Counted from the first letter of the whole stretch, positions 13,760 to 26,197 are shown. The stretch: DNA of 63,184 nt, filler included, from Squatina squatina (GCA_031763465.1; 4 parts of 3 records of this genome joined end to end with filler, not necessarily neighbours in it), one strand, 5' to 3'. Notes: generated from the letters alone by a model not told the origin. Translations and numbers: made by a program.

Positions 13760-14090
13760 CCAGAAATTCCCCAAAACAAAATGGCGCCCATGACGCACCC
13801 TTTAAACAGCGGGTGCGCTGACCGGCTGGGCAGCGCCAGGATTTCAGGGCGGTCCCGGCGCCCCCCTTTTACATTGGGGGCGCTGACCAATTCGGGGCCA
13901 CATAGTGGGAAGTCGGCGCAGCGCATGGTGATGATGTCACAATCACCGTGTGCCGCCACTGTCTCCTTTGGACACCTCTGCAAAAGTACACATCAATGTC
14001 CCGCTGGGCAAGACCAAAAAGCCCTTTGCGCCCTGGGATCGCCTCCAGCGGGAGCGAACGGAGCGTGAATGCCCTATGAATTTCGCCCAC
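13760..14090. mobile_element. GC-rich MITE-like fragment
   Basis: Isolated GC-rich patch ending in GAATTTCGCCC, similar to the other Harbinger-like termini in the window. Confidence 0.45.
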
Positions 14091-16339
14091 TTAATCCTCA
14101 GTAATACAGAATGTATTTTGCAAAGCCCACAGATAAATGTCACGATTAAAAAAAAAGTCAGATACTAAATGTTATAAAATAATATTCAGAACAATAAAGC
14201 CGTCCTTATTAAAATATTCTCCAAATATATGTTTTATATTCTGGTACAAAAACTGCAATGGCTGTCCTTGAAATGTATGCTGACAAAATTGAATGGAATC
14301 AGAATTCTTTGATGCCACCTTCTTTATAATTGTTGCCCATCAGAATTATGCGCAATTGATCCTTTTCAGCTCAATAATAACGTTGGCTAAAAATAAAATT
14401 GTGCACATCAAAGAAAATGCATGCAGGCAGAAAGAGAACTACAGACAATATACTTGTCCAAAATATTAGCCAGTGGGATATAATTATGATCCATAATCAT
14501 TGCTGAAAAATGGGAAAAATTAAATTTCAATTAATATTCAGATAATAAAGAAAATATTAAATGAAGACAGAAAATGTTGGAAATATATAGCAGGTCTGTC
14601 AACATCTGTAAAGAGAAAAGACAGTTTTATGTTTTGATAGGAGAACTGGAAACACCAAATTGCATCTTTCACGGGTGTACTTTCCTCCACTTGCTATTTT
14701 TCGTAAAATAAAGCAGACGTGAGTAGAGAGCGAGCTGAAGAGCAAACAGGGTTAAAATTTCACCAACGATCCCCGCCAGCCATGTAAGTTGAATTTGCCG
14801 AAGTGGCAGAAACTCAACCAGGTTCCGACTCACATTCTGGTGCTCCACCTAAACTGCTCCCAAACTCCAGCAAAAGGATTGGTGGAATATCCAGGCTATA
14901 AACCTCATGAAACATTTTTAAAAAGTTGCCTGTTGCAAGTTGAAAATCGGTGTTCATCTGGTAGATGTTACAATTATTGCATGCACTTTTTTATGTGTTT
15001 CGAGCAAGTTAAATATTCGTAAGTAAATCAGCACACTGACCTGTACACTTTGCTGAGAGATATCTGGTTCAAATTAATTTAGGCATTAGCTGTGCTCTTT
15101 AAGTTAATTAATCGTTTTGCATAAAATGCATCAAATTTCTTCAAAATTGTGAATGCTTATGAAACATAAATAAGGTTTTAAATATTTTAGAAATAATTCC
15201 AGAAATATTGGCAACCCAGAGATGATGCTTCATACCTGCTAAAGAATTTATTTATTGTGTCTGTTTTTTGAATCAATTAATTTTATTCTGTGAACTGTCA
15301 GCTTAAAAAAAATGAAATGACTTTTTTCTAGAGGACATTTTGAAAGCTTAAAGGGAGTTGAAAAGGGTAAGCGTAGCTTTAAGTGGTCATGTGGTCAGTG
15401 CCATTCATCTAGACAGCACCTGACTATCCGTCAAATGTGGCAGAACCCTTCTCGACAGCCATGACCTCTGCCATAATGAAGGAAAAGTGTACAGTAAAGT
15501 GTCCATTATCAGGCAGTTGGGAGCAGTAAATTGGTGCAGTTTTCTAGCAATCTCCCAGCAAGTTGAGATGGAAGATGTGTGGGGGATCTATAAGAGGTAT
15601 TTTTTTNNNNNNNNNNNNNNNNNNNNNNNNNNNNNNNNNNNNNNNNNNNNNNNNNNNNNNNNNNNNNNNNNNNNNNNNNNNNNNNNNNNNNNNNNNNNNN
15701 NNNNNNTCACCCAAGCTACCCACTCCCCCAACTACACCGACCAGCCACGCAATCTCCTGGGAGCAGCAGACAAACAAAGAAAAAAACCTTTGATCAAGGT
15801 AGGAAAAAGCTCTGGTAAATTCCTCGTCAACAGCCAACGGCAATCAAAGAATGTCCAGGACACCACAGTGACTGGAAGACACATTTCCCAGTACCCACCT
15901 ACCTACTGTATGTATTTGTAAGTATGTTTCTGTAAATTCCCTTTTGAATGTCAGAAGCAAATCTGCACTCACTGCCTGTGCCAATAATTGTTCTTGTTTT
16001 TAAATTATTTATTTATCGCAACGTTACTGTAGCTTACGCTGGAAAAATAGATGTTGGATTAATTTTGCATAACATTTTGTAATTTGATATGTTCTGTTTT
16101 ATTATACATTCTATACTACATTCTACTAATCATTGCACATTCTCATGAAGTAATTGGCAAACCATCCATCTTTAACCTCTTGTAAAACTGTGAACTTACA
16201 CCTTATGGATGCTATGCCCCAAGGGGTATAGACAGCAAGTGATGTAGGTGAGCTTTTGATGTCTTAGCATCCAAGACACTCCCCATATTAACAACACTTA
16301 TTGATCTAGGCTGCTGAAATATATTTACTCTGACCTTGC

Positions 16340-16620
16340 ATGTTAGACAAAGCTGCTTATTGCCGTAATGGATCGAGTGAACTTCATTCAAATAAATGTC
16401 CTGCCACAGAGTCTATATATTGTTCAGATGTTGCTTGCAAAGGTTCCTAATAGCCCATTTGCATCACTGGACACAAATAGGTTCTTCAGAGTGGCAAACA
16501 GCTGTGGATATATCTTAAATGGCTCCAACTCCCCAGGGATAGTCTTCTTAACTTAGTATAAAATGATTGGGCGGCCCAGGTCCAAATGCTGATGCAGTAG
16601 ATCAGCGTTTCCCCAAATGT
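16340..16620 (+). mobile_element. L1/Tx1-clade LINE ORF2 remnant
   Basis: DRVNFIQINVLPQSLYIVQML resembles the GRINLIKMNVLP.LLY..Q motif after the L1 RT domain; a WAAQ motif (TGGGCGGCCCAG) follows near 16568. Confidence 0.55.
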
Positions 16621-17389
16621 TTTATGGTGGCAGTTGAAATCAGATGTGTCCTTTCGCAGATGAGGGGAGGATGTATATATGAAGGTAGTTAACTTTCCCC
16701 AAAGGCTGAAGCCGATATGTGTATCTTATAAATGCTGAGGACATCAAACCCTAATACGTGTGCCAGGCTGTGCTGGTATTTTGCAGGGCTCAGACCATAC
16801 CCACTACTAAAATGAGATGTCNNNNNNNNNNNNNNNNNNNNNNNNNNNNNNNNNNNNNNNNAAGTTTTCCAGAGCTTAATCTTTACCCATTATGAAGGTG
16901 TAGCAGTTTTCATGAGCACCCGAATGGAAAATTAATAATTCAGGGTGCTGACTTCAAGTCCTACCAGAGTTTTTAGGTATCTTCAGGTCAGACACTTAGT
17001 TGTGGATAACATCAGTACATACAGGCTATTTGTCTTGTGTTCCCTCTGGAAATAGCCCCCAGAATCTGAAATCATGATTCCCACTGTTCCCACTGGGTGG
17101 GAAACGGGTGAGAGCAGGTCAGCCATACATTTTAATCCCTGCTCAGGTTTCCTTTCCGCTGAAGTCAATAANNNNNNNNNNNNNNNNNNNNNNNNNNNNN
17201 NNNNNNNNNNNNNNNNNNNNNNNNNNNNNNNNNNNNNNNNNNNNNNNNNNNNNNNNNNNNNNNNNNNNNNNAATGTTTTCCTGTAATGATTTTCTGTGTT
17301 TTGCTGAATATTCCTAACCATGATAATGTGTAATCAAAATAAATTACCCCCATATTTTGCAAAGAAATGAAGAAATCCAATTTCAGTAT

Positions 17390-17560
17390 ATCAGGAGTGA
17401 CAGGGTTTAGTTATGAGGAGAGGCTCGAGAAACTCAAGTTCTTTTCATTAGAACAGAGAGCAGATCTTATGGAGGTGCTCACAATTATAAACGGTGTTGA
17501 AAATTTAAGTAAGCAAAAGCTAAATTGTTACTAAAAGGCATAAATTTATGATCACTTGAA
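17390..17560 (+). mobile_element. CR1 LINE 3' fragment
   Basis: FSYEERLEKLKFFSLEQR..DLMEV motif. Confidence 0.7.
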
Positions 17561-18439
17561 ATCTAAAAGTAATATACTTTTTGCTTCTGTGACATATCTT
17601 TTATCTAAGTTCCATCTATTGATCAATATTGATACACATATATCAACATTTTGAGCATTCAGCACACTCCAGGCTTCACACTTCACAGTGTCAAAGGTAA
17701 ATGCCAACAAAAAAAGAAAAACAGACAAGCCTTAGTTTGTCTGGTAATTGCCATGATGGTCTGGAAATTTATGATGGGAAATATAAAATGGAGGAATGAA
17801 TGTTCAGGGACACATTTTGGCCATCCATAGAAGATTGTTTTAAATATATATTTAGGGTTGAGTCCAATTCAAGCAGAAAGTGTCCCAGTTGTACAAGATT
17901 TAGGAATTTGGCAAGTTAACCCAATTTGGTTTGCCCTTACTCGTGCAAACCACTAAATGTTATTAAGGTTTTCATTCTGTTAAGTGGTCTGATTGTCCAG
18001 TATTTAAGGTTCTCACTGAACAATGGTTCAGTTGTGAACTGGTCTTTTAACTGTTTAGTGCAATTACTTTGATCAGTTCTTTCCCAGTGTATTTTTGGAA
18101 CTGCCCCATTGCAGGAGAATGATTGACACTTTGATTTGTGAAATAGAAGAGCACCTCCTGCTAGTCTGAAGTGGAGCAAAGCATGGCAATTTGGAAAGTA
18201 CAGAGATCTAAATTCCATTAACTAGTTCCCTTGACTGGAGAAGGATGGTTTAATATGAACTGTTGTGCAAGAGAAGGACAGAAAGAAAAAACAGCAACTA
18301 AAAAAAAAATGCAAAGCCAATAGGAACAAAGGAAACCACATGCTAGCAGATAGCAGACACTCAGTTGCAAATCCTTTAAAAGTATATTCTAAAGGTAGCG
18401 TACAATCTGCCTGTTGTGGTGGTGCAGGAGGGAATGAAA

Positions 18440-18670
18440 GATCCCATGGCACTGCTTGAAGAAGGGCAGGGAGGTCTCCTGGCAACTTGGCCAACATACC
18501 CCCCTCAACCAGCGCCATCAAAAACAAATTAACTGGCCATTCATGTCATTGTTGTTTGTGGGATCTTGTGGTGGCATGTTCATCTAGACAGCAACAGTGG
18601 CTGCATTTCAATGTAACTAACTATATATGAAACACATTGAAACATCCGGAGGGATGATATATAATTGCAA
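18440..18670 (+). mobile_element. Deu-domain SINE fragment
   Basis: AAAGATCCCATGGCACTGCTTGAAGAAGGGCAGGGAGG...TGGCCAACA...CCCTCAACC, shared with 30290-30457 and 41686-42077. Confidence 0.65.
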
Positions 18671-18856
18671 TTCTTTGCCTTCACATCTTTCTATTTCCTT
18701 TTCTTCTTCATTTCATACTGTGATACTATGACACTCAAAGTACAGTATTTTGCTGGTCATGTCGAGCTTAGTTCAAGTCCTGCAACTCTGAATCCAGTCA
18801 TGAGTAAAACACTTTATAAATGGAACTGTTGAAAGTTTAAATATGTCTTCCTGCAG

Positions 18857-19021
18857 GGAAGCTCAGGGTGTACCGGATGCCGTGCCAGAGTCAGGTCTGG
18901 AGCCCCCAACACTGGACACAGCTTGGGCAGAGTCTACACGGAAGAAAGCTTTGCTGAAACTGGAGAAATTAGATACAGACCTAAAGAACTACAAGGGCAA
19001 TTCTATCAAAGAGAGCATCAG
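18857..19021 (+). CDS. GPS1: COP9 signalosome subunit 1 (CSN1), single internal exon
   Basis: ctgcAG acceptor and GTaac donor; 165 bp encoding [55 protein letters not shown], nearly identical to vertebrate GPS1 as I recall it. Confidence 0.93.
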
Positions 19022-19302
19022 GTAACAAACTTCCAAAAAGATATGGAATTTGTTTTGCATGCCTAATTTGAAAATTGATTGGTTACAGATCAGCAATGTC
19101 TGAACCAGGCCAGGCTGCCAGCCACAGTACGTGGCACATCATATTACTGATTGGGCCGAATGGCCTGTTTCTGTGCTGTAAATTTTATGCAATCAGCTCA
19201 ATNNNNNNNNNNNNNNNNNNNNNNNNNNNNNNNNNNNNNNNNNNNNNNNNNNNNNNNNNNNNNNNNNNNNNNNNNNNNNNNNNNNNNNNNNNNNNNNNNN
19301 NN

Positions 19303-19886
19303 AAATGAGGGGCTTGCATGGCCACATGTGTGCAGTCAATGGCTCCCTGGATCATGGGGAATCCTAGAATCCTGTTGAATCCTAGAGCTCTCTGCCTCTG
19401 GTCTTCTCCAGCAAAATGGAATGATGTATAATCATTCCTCAGAGCATCAGAGTGCACAGAGGCTTCTGATATGTGGCTGATATCACCTGTAGCAGCCTGA
19501 AAGGTGCCAGTAGCATCAAAATTAAGTGCTACTGTGAACTTGACTGCCACAAGCAATACAGACCTGACTGTGCTGCGAGGTTTGAGTCTTCTTTCCAAGA
19601 GGGCACAGATCTCTGTGACAATCTCCTTGGTAAAGCACAGCCTCTTCATGCACTCATCTTGAGTCATATGAATGTAGGAATCATGCTCTCTGCAGACCCT
19701 GGGTGAATAGAGCCTCCTGGTGAGAGCCCTCCTCGCCCTCCTGTCCCTCTCTCCTACAGCAGCTGGTGCTGCTCTACCGGGCATCATCTCCTCCTCCCAT
19801 TCCTCCTCCAGAGCAAGGGGGACCCCAAGCAAGATCCCCAGAACCAACCACTCCCTTTCCTCTGGTGACACCTGTAAGGTCTCCAA
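19303..19886 (-). mobile_element. PIF/Harbinger transposase (HARBI1-like), 5' part, degenerate and cut by a gap
   Basis: RLCFTKEIVTEICALL...VAVKFTVALNFDATGTFQAATGDISHIS...GFPMIQGAIDCTHV, which includes the first catalytic Asp motif; an internal deletion is apparent after SVH. Confidence 0.9.
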
Positions 19887-20479
19887 GAAGGTACAGTAGC
19901 ACTACACTCACCCTTTTTAGGTGAAGTCCTCAGAGAATTTCCAGAAAAAATGCTGCTATAGTGTTGGTGAAGTCTTCATAAAGTGTCCCAGAAAGTCTCC
20001 TGATGTGTATCAAAAGTCATCTTCAAACGCGTTAATCGATCTCAATCAGTGAAAGCTTAGCAGCACTTGCAATCCTCACTAACGACTTTCTTTACTCCTG
20101 TTCAGCTAGTCGCTGATAGGAGAGGTCGTTAATTGGAGTGCAGGCTCTTTCATGAGTATTAGGGGCTAATTTAATTGGTAATTGGAGGCTCAATCAACCT
20201 CAGGGTGGCCGTTCTTTACGCGCGCTTACACACTTTTACTAAGCTGGCTGCCAAGATTTTGTCTACCTCGGTGGGTCCAGTGCGGCANNNNNNNNNNCTT
20301 GTTAAGCCCGCCAAGTGCGTTTCCCAGCCAATTGAAGGATGCGAATCTGATGATGTCACTTGCCAATGTATCATCAGCCAGTTTCCTTGAAGGAACCATG
20401 TCCAAATTTATTTTGACAGTTGCGCTGTCTGTGTTCTACAACGTTGAGCTGCTGCAAACACTGCAAAGCACTGCACAAA

Positions 20480-20625
20480 GGCAGATGGCTACATCCAGGC
20501 TCTTCCATGACTCCCTCCATGGAGGGAGTCGCAGCACGCAGGGAGGTTCTCTCCCCTTCCAATGGGCAGAAGGGACCTCCCCAGGAGATCAACGCAGCCT
20601 GGTTGTACATTGCACAGGAGGGCCC
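20480..20625 (+). mobile_element. Myb/SANT-like second ORF of the Harbinger element, 5' fragment
   Basis: MEGVAARREVLSPSNGQKGPPQEINAAWLYIAQE fits the V..R.EVL...AW..IA.E pattern of Harbinger Myb/SANT proteins; it is divergent from the transposase. Confidence 0.65.
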
Positions 20626-22449
20626 NNNNNNNNNNNNNNNNNNNNNNNNNNNNNNNNNNNNNNNNNNNNNNNNNNNNNNNNNNNNNNNNNNNNNNNNNNN
20701 NNNNNNNNNNNNNNNNNNNNNNNNNCAACTTGATTTTAACCTTACAATTGCACAAATCCCAACTTTTGAATTCACTTTTGTTGAAGTGTATATTTTGTCT
20801 TGAACAACATTATAATAAGGCCTGATATTGACCAGCAGATCGCCAACACTGCTGCAATACAGTCCCCACCGAACTAATACTACAAAACTTCGCGATAGTA
20901 CTTGTAGCACATACCATTTTAAAGAAGGTAACATTCGGATTATTTGGATGACTTGCCTAGTGTCCTACCACTGTTGTCTTGTTAAATAAATGGCATCTGC
21001 AAAAGGGTGGAACGACAAACACAGTGACAGGCATTTATACCGCTAGCGAACTCTGTAGATTATGAGGCTCTCCTGCAAACCCCATAGGTATCAAAAGAAG
21101 AGTGAACTCTCATTTATACTGAAATCACTGCCTTCCCCAGTGCACAATAAAAAATGATTAACCGATTTTTCACAGCCATCATTGGCATCCCCTGTGTATC
21201 CTTATTATGATTAGCTTGTTTCCAGTAACACCCTTCAGGATCANNNNNNNNNNNNNNNNNNNNNNNNNNNNNNNNNNNNNNNNNNNNNNNNNNNNNNNNN
21301 NNNNNNNNNNNNNNNNNNNNNNNNNNNNNNNNNNNNNNNNNNNTCCTGGTGCCCTCCTTCCATTCTTCATTTTCCTTCAAATAAAGAAAGCACTGATGAT
21401 TGCCTTAAAAGAAGTAATTGTGAGAGTTTCTAGTCGTTGTTAGTCCACTTTGACATTTTTTAATTCATAGAGGGCACAACATTGTAATGAGAGGCCTGAA
21501 TGGATACTGCTGGTGTGGACTTTCACCATTGGCCATTCATAACAGGAGCTCATGTGATATCCTGTCCATGGGCCGCATGCCCATGATATTCTCGACATCT
21601 GCGGCCAACAGGCAAGTCTCCATGCCAACAATGCACATTCAGAAAATCAACCCTAAAGACCCCTGCTTTGTCCCTGGGTAAGCTAAATGCCCGTTTCATC
21701 TGGGTAAGACAAATACATTGCATCCGCATTATGTTCCTACAATCTGCCCCTTTAATCAATCACAGATTTAAGCGCATTAGCACTCAAACTGGATTTTAAC
21801 CTTGCAGCAATGTGGCTACGTCAGGAAACATGCGGTAAGTGAGTGTTGTACCACATTCTCAACATTGCTACTCTCGTCACACTCAATTATCATTAGCATA
21901 CTGCTTTCCACTAACAGTAATTTCCAGGTTATAAGAATCCCAAGTGGTCCTGAAGAGGTGAACTTTCACGCACCAATCTATTTTTTCGATTTTGTTGAAA
22001 ATGATTGAATGATGTCATATATGATATGATATTGATATGATGATATAATATTCACTAATCTGGAAATCAAGTTGCATCTCCCCATTAGTCTGTGCAAACA
22101 AGTCTGATATGAACAAAGCCGTCATTACTCATACACTGCTGCAAGAATGTCTTTTTCCATATGAACCATGTACAATCCTTTCACCTGAAATATTTTGCCT
22201 TTGGTAAACAATGCTGCATGAGATGTGTCATGTGGTGTTGTTTCAAAGCTGTTTGACTCTTTTTTCCTGCATGAACAGGGCTACGTTATAATTTTAATCT
22301 GAACACATGGCCATTTGATTAATTTATTATATTGTGCACCAGATCAACAGATGGTCTGAAATTACTGCATGGAGAGCTCCTTCTTATTGTTTCATTAAGG
22401 GGAAATAATATAGCATTGAGTCTACCTATCATAGAATCATAGAATCCTT

Positions 22450-22707
22450 TCTGCCAACCTCCCAGATTCCTCCATTTCCATCCCTGGGTGTGTCCTGTCT
22501 CACCGGCAGGACAGACCCACCAGGGATGGTGGCACAGTGGTATACAGTCGGGAGGGAGTGGCATTGGGAGTCCTCAACATTGACTCTGGACCCCATGAAG
22601 TCTCAGGTCAAGCATGGGCAAGGAAACCTCCTGCTGATTATAACCTACTGCCATCCCTCAGCTGATGAATCAGTACTCCTTCATGTTGAACACCACTTGG
22701 AAGAAGC
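22450..22707 (+). mobile_element. LINE AP-endonuclease fragment (CR1/L2 group)
   Basis: IPGCVLSHRQDRPTRDGGTVVYSREGVALGVLNIDSGPHEV, then QVKHGQGNLLLIITYCHPSADESVLLHVEHHLEE after a frameshift. Confidence 0.75.
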
Positions 22708-22961
22708 NNNNNNNNNNNNNNNNNNNNNNNNNNNNNNNNNNNNNNNNNNNNNNNNNNNNNNNNNNNNNNNNNNNNNNNNNNNNNNNNNNNNNNNNNNNNN
22801 NNNNNNNAGGCTGTATGGTCTGTAGTTGCCTGGGTTGATCACTGTCACCCTTTTTAAACAGGTGTAACATTTGCAATCCTCCCGTTCCCTGGCACCAAGG
22901 AAGGTCGAAAGATTGTGGCCCGAGCCTCTCCAATTTCAACTCTTAGTTCCCTCAGAAACCG

Positions 22962-23040
22962 TTACAAAACTGCATCCACCCCCACAAATACATTACAAAA
23001 CTGCATCCACCCCCACAGATACATTACAAAACGGCATCCA
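22962..23040. repeat. 31-bp minisatellite, about 2.5 copies
   Basis: TTACAAAACTGCATCCACCCCCACA(A/G)ATACA starting at 22962, 22993 and 23024 (partial). Confidence 0.9.
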
Positions 23041-23199
23041 TTTTTTTCCTCCTAAAAATCTGCCGTAGGATTGAGGAGCCACATATAAACGTGAGAAACA
23101 AACAGCATGAACCACGAACCTCAGGAACTGTGACCCTGATGCTTTAAATGCATGAAAACACCCCCTTCTAAAAAAAATGAAAACACCCCTTATCCCTCC

Positions 23200-23580
23200 C
23201 CATTCTCAAAGCGCCGCCTTTGTTCATTTCCGCTGAACCTAAGCTGGGGGAGGGGGTGGGGGAAGGGCCGCTCCTGGGCGGGAGCACGTAAACACATATT
23301 CACCCATCACGCATGCGTGCAAGCTTCGCCATGCCCTCCTGGCTGCGCCGGTCGGGAAACGTCAGCTCCAGTTGGACTACATCTCCCGACATGCTCTGCG
23401 AACCGCCAGTCCCATCCCCCGCTGCAGCCTCAGAGCCAATCAAATGGTGGGCTGGAGCGCAGAACGTCAGGTCTTCGGGTTCGGTGGTGCTGTCGCTGGA
23501 TTCTAAGCGCCGCCTCCCAGTTCCATTTCCGTCAATCAAGAGGAACCTGATTATTCCGTCCTACGCAAACAGCCATTCGT
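23200..23580. promoter_or_regulatory. CpG-rich housekeeping-type promoter, possibly for SP4
   Basis: CpG-dense; G-rich Sp/KLF tract near 23246-23262; GC box GGGCGG at 23276-23281; ACGCATGCGT palindrome (NRF1-like) at 23309-23318; ACTACATCTCCCGACATGCTCTGCG (ZNF143/SBS-type) at 23376-23400; CCAAT at 23436-23440. Confidence 0.75.
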
Positions 23581-23889
23581 GGAAAGAAAGAGCCAGCCCT
23601 GCCTTGTTCTGCCTACATTTTGTACTGGCCTTATTTTTTTTTCCTTCTTATTTTTATTTTCTGATCTGGGATGATTAATATCTCTTTGCTGTCTTCTTGC
23701 AAGAGATTGAAAGGCGAGGATTAGCCCGTCCAAATCCCCCAGCCGCTGAACTGGGTCATTGGGCAGACAAGAGGGGATAGAGAGAGACTCGAGCCCGGAC
23801 CCTGAGCCTGGTTTTAGGGGCGCTCAGTGAATGCCTTGTGTTGGTACCGATTAGCTGATTAACATAGAATTAGCACAGGGTCATGCCTG

Positions 23890-24070
23890 AGATTATTTTA
23901 TAATAACGCGTTATTATGTATATGCCATTAATATATAATGTTAATATCATTAATATATAATCTTAATATAATATAATTTATATATAATGTTAATATAATA
24001 TCGTTAATATCATATACATAATGTATTCATATATTAATGCATTATGTATATTTAATTTGGTAAATAATAC
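23890..24070. repeat. AT-rich low-complexity tract
   Basis: Degenerate TAATATA repeats. Confidence 0.85.
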
Positions 24071-24447
24071 TTGCGCGATTGCAACCTTATAGCCGAATCC
24101 CTGGTTTCTTTGCAGAGTTTTTAAAAGCGTAATTTTNNNNNNNNNNNNNNNNNNNNNNNNNNNNNNNNNNNNNNNNNNNNNNNNNNNNNNNNNNNNNNNN
24201 NNNNNNNNNNNNNNNNNNNNNNNNNNNNNNNNNNNNACACCAAGAATCTACAGTAGTGAGTTGTCTGAGACAACCCTCTTTTGGGTGTTACTTTGTATCC
24301 ACTGGGTCGGGTTTCAAACCACGTTTCTGTTTTTTGCCTCCCCTCCCTTCCTGGGGAATTGATGACTGAGCCAACTATGTGAAAGTAGAGTGTATCTCAT
24401 AAAAAATGAACTTATTTTATGATTATTTGTATTTTTTTTGTTCACAG

Positions 24448-24530
24448 ATCAAAAGGAGGAAAGTATGGCCACCCTAACTGAAGGAGGGAAACCTGGTGAA
24501 TATTTGCAAATCAAAACATCAGGCTCACAG
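24448..24530 (+). CDS. SP4: Sp4 transcription factor exon 2
   Basis: ttcacAG / GTatga; encodes (D)QKEESMATLTEGGKPGEYLQIKTSGSQ, matching SP4 DQKKEE..MATEGGK..KTSGSQ. Confidence 0.9.
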
Positions 24531-24887
24531 GTATGAAAACTAAAATTTTAAATGAAGACTTAAAATATGCGTGTGTAACATTTTATTTTACGTGGTCAGA
24601 TAAAAATGCTTCCTGTGGCACAACTGCTGCCGTTGAACTAATTTGCTAACCACTTGTCTCTTGCATTTGTACGTGAAGCCATTTTTTCCTGTAGATCTGA
24701 GCGCCTACTTCCTGATTTTAACAAACTAGAAATGCGCGATTTTAGATTTGTTCTAATGTTATTGAAATGCAAATGTTTTGTCGTTAATTACTCTGTACTT
24801 CCTGAGTGAAGCCCCTTTTTGTGCTAATGTAAATTCACACCCACTCTTTCCTCTTTAAACCCGCCCACTGTGTGTCGATGGGGGTAG

Positions 24888-26197
24888 GACACCCAGCCCT
24901 CTCCTCTCGCCCTGCTCGCAGCGACTTGCAGCAAGATCGGATCCCCGGGCCCGGCTGAAGGCGCAGCTGCCTCCAACCCTCTCCAGAGCGGGNNNNNNNN
25001 NNNNNNNNNNNNNNNNNNNNNNNNNNNNNNNNNNNNNNNNNNNNNNNNNNNNNNNNNNNNNNNNNNNNNNNNNNNNNNNNNNNNNNNNNNNNNNNNNNNN
25101 NNNNNNNNNNNNNNNNNNNNNNNNNNNNNNNNNNNNNNNNNNNNNNNNNNNNNNNNNNNNNNNNNNNNNNNNNNNNNNNNNNNNNNNNNNNNNNNNNNNN
25201 NNNNNNNNNNNNNNNNNNNNNNNNNNNNNNNNNNNNNNNNNNNNNNNNNNNNNNNNNNNNNNNNNNNNNNNNNNNNNNNNNNNNNNNNNNNNNNNNNNNN
25301 NNNNNNNNNNNNNNNNNNNNNNNNNNNNNNNNNNNNNNNNNNNNNNNNNNNNNNNNNNNNNNNNNNNNNNNNNNNNNNNNNNNNNNNNNNNNNNNNNNNN
25401 NNNNNNNNNNNNNNNNNNNNNNNNNNNNNNNNNNNNNNNNNNNCGGGACACAACCAAGCCGTAATTGCTCCGCTTACAAAAACGACTTCTGGAAGTGTAG
25501 TGACGCAGAATACGTCTCCTCAGACTACTACTGTCCCAATCCAGATCAGGCCTGGCCTCTCCATCCCGTTGCAGCTGCAAGGAGTTAATATTTCTGGTGC
25601 TCAGACTCAAATGGTCGCCACCTTGCCTATTAATATAGGAGGTGGCGTGACTTTGGCCGTGCCCATAAACAGCTTGGCGGCAGGAGGAGGATCCATCCAG
25701 TTCGTCCAGCCTTCAGATGGCGGAGTCTCTAATGGGAGTCAGATTGTTTCCACGCCCATCTCCACCGCCTCCTTGAACAGCATGCCTGAATCTCCTTCTC
25801 CTCCTCCGTCCACATCTACCTGCGTTACCACCGCCTCCCCATCGCTGTCCTGCAGTGCTTCGCTGGTAAATTCTTCGGAAACTGCTCAGTCCGTCTTCAC
25901 GACTACATCAAGTTCAGAAAATACAGAAGAGGAGTCATCGTCAGTTGTACCTGTCTCCGAAGCAGAAGGTACAAATCTCGCTCAGTCCAATGGATTGCAA
26001 AATTTGCAAGAACAGGGTCAGCTTCAGCAGGTGCAGCTGGCTGTTGGACAACAAATACCGATTCAGCAACAGCAGTCGTCTCAGATACAGCAACATATTA
26101 TTCAGACAATTCCACATCATGCTCTTCAAACCATCCAAAATGCAGTACAAGGACAAACTATTCAAACTGTCCAGCAACAGGCCTTGCAGAATGTTCA
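24888..26197 (+). CDS. SP4: SP4 exon 3, 5' and middle part (Sp box and Q/S/T-rich activation region), containing a 451-N gap
   Basis: Sp box DTQPSPLALLAATCSKIG right after an AG; frame is preserved across the gap; VPIQIRPGLSIPLQLQ, LPINIGG, MPESPS and QGQTIQTVQQQALQNV match SP4. Similarity ends near 26197 without a good donor. Confidence 0.9.

Noticed and set aside
14834-14895. Possible 62-bp minus-strand exon (tatAG...GTGAGT; LDIPPILLLEFGSSLGGAPE or PGYSTNPFAGVWEQFRWSTR)
   Set aside because: Weak acceptor, two open frames and no recognisable homologue; not enough support.
22962-23040. CRISPR-like array
   Set aside because: Direct tandem units without spacers in vertebrate DNA; no cas genes.
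23152-23733. Overlapping ORFs of 60-132 aa across the CpG-rich region
   Set aside because: Expected in GC-rich promoter DNA; no recognisable protein.
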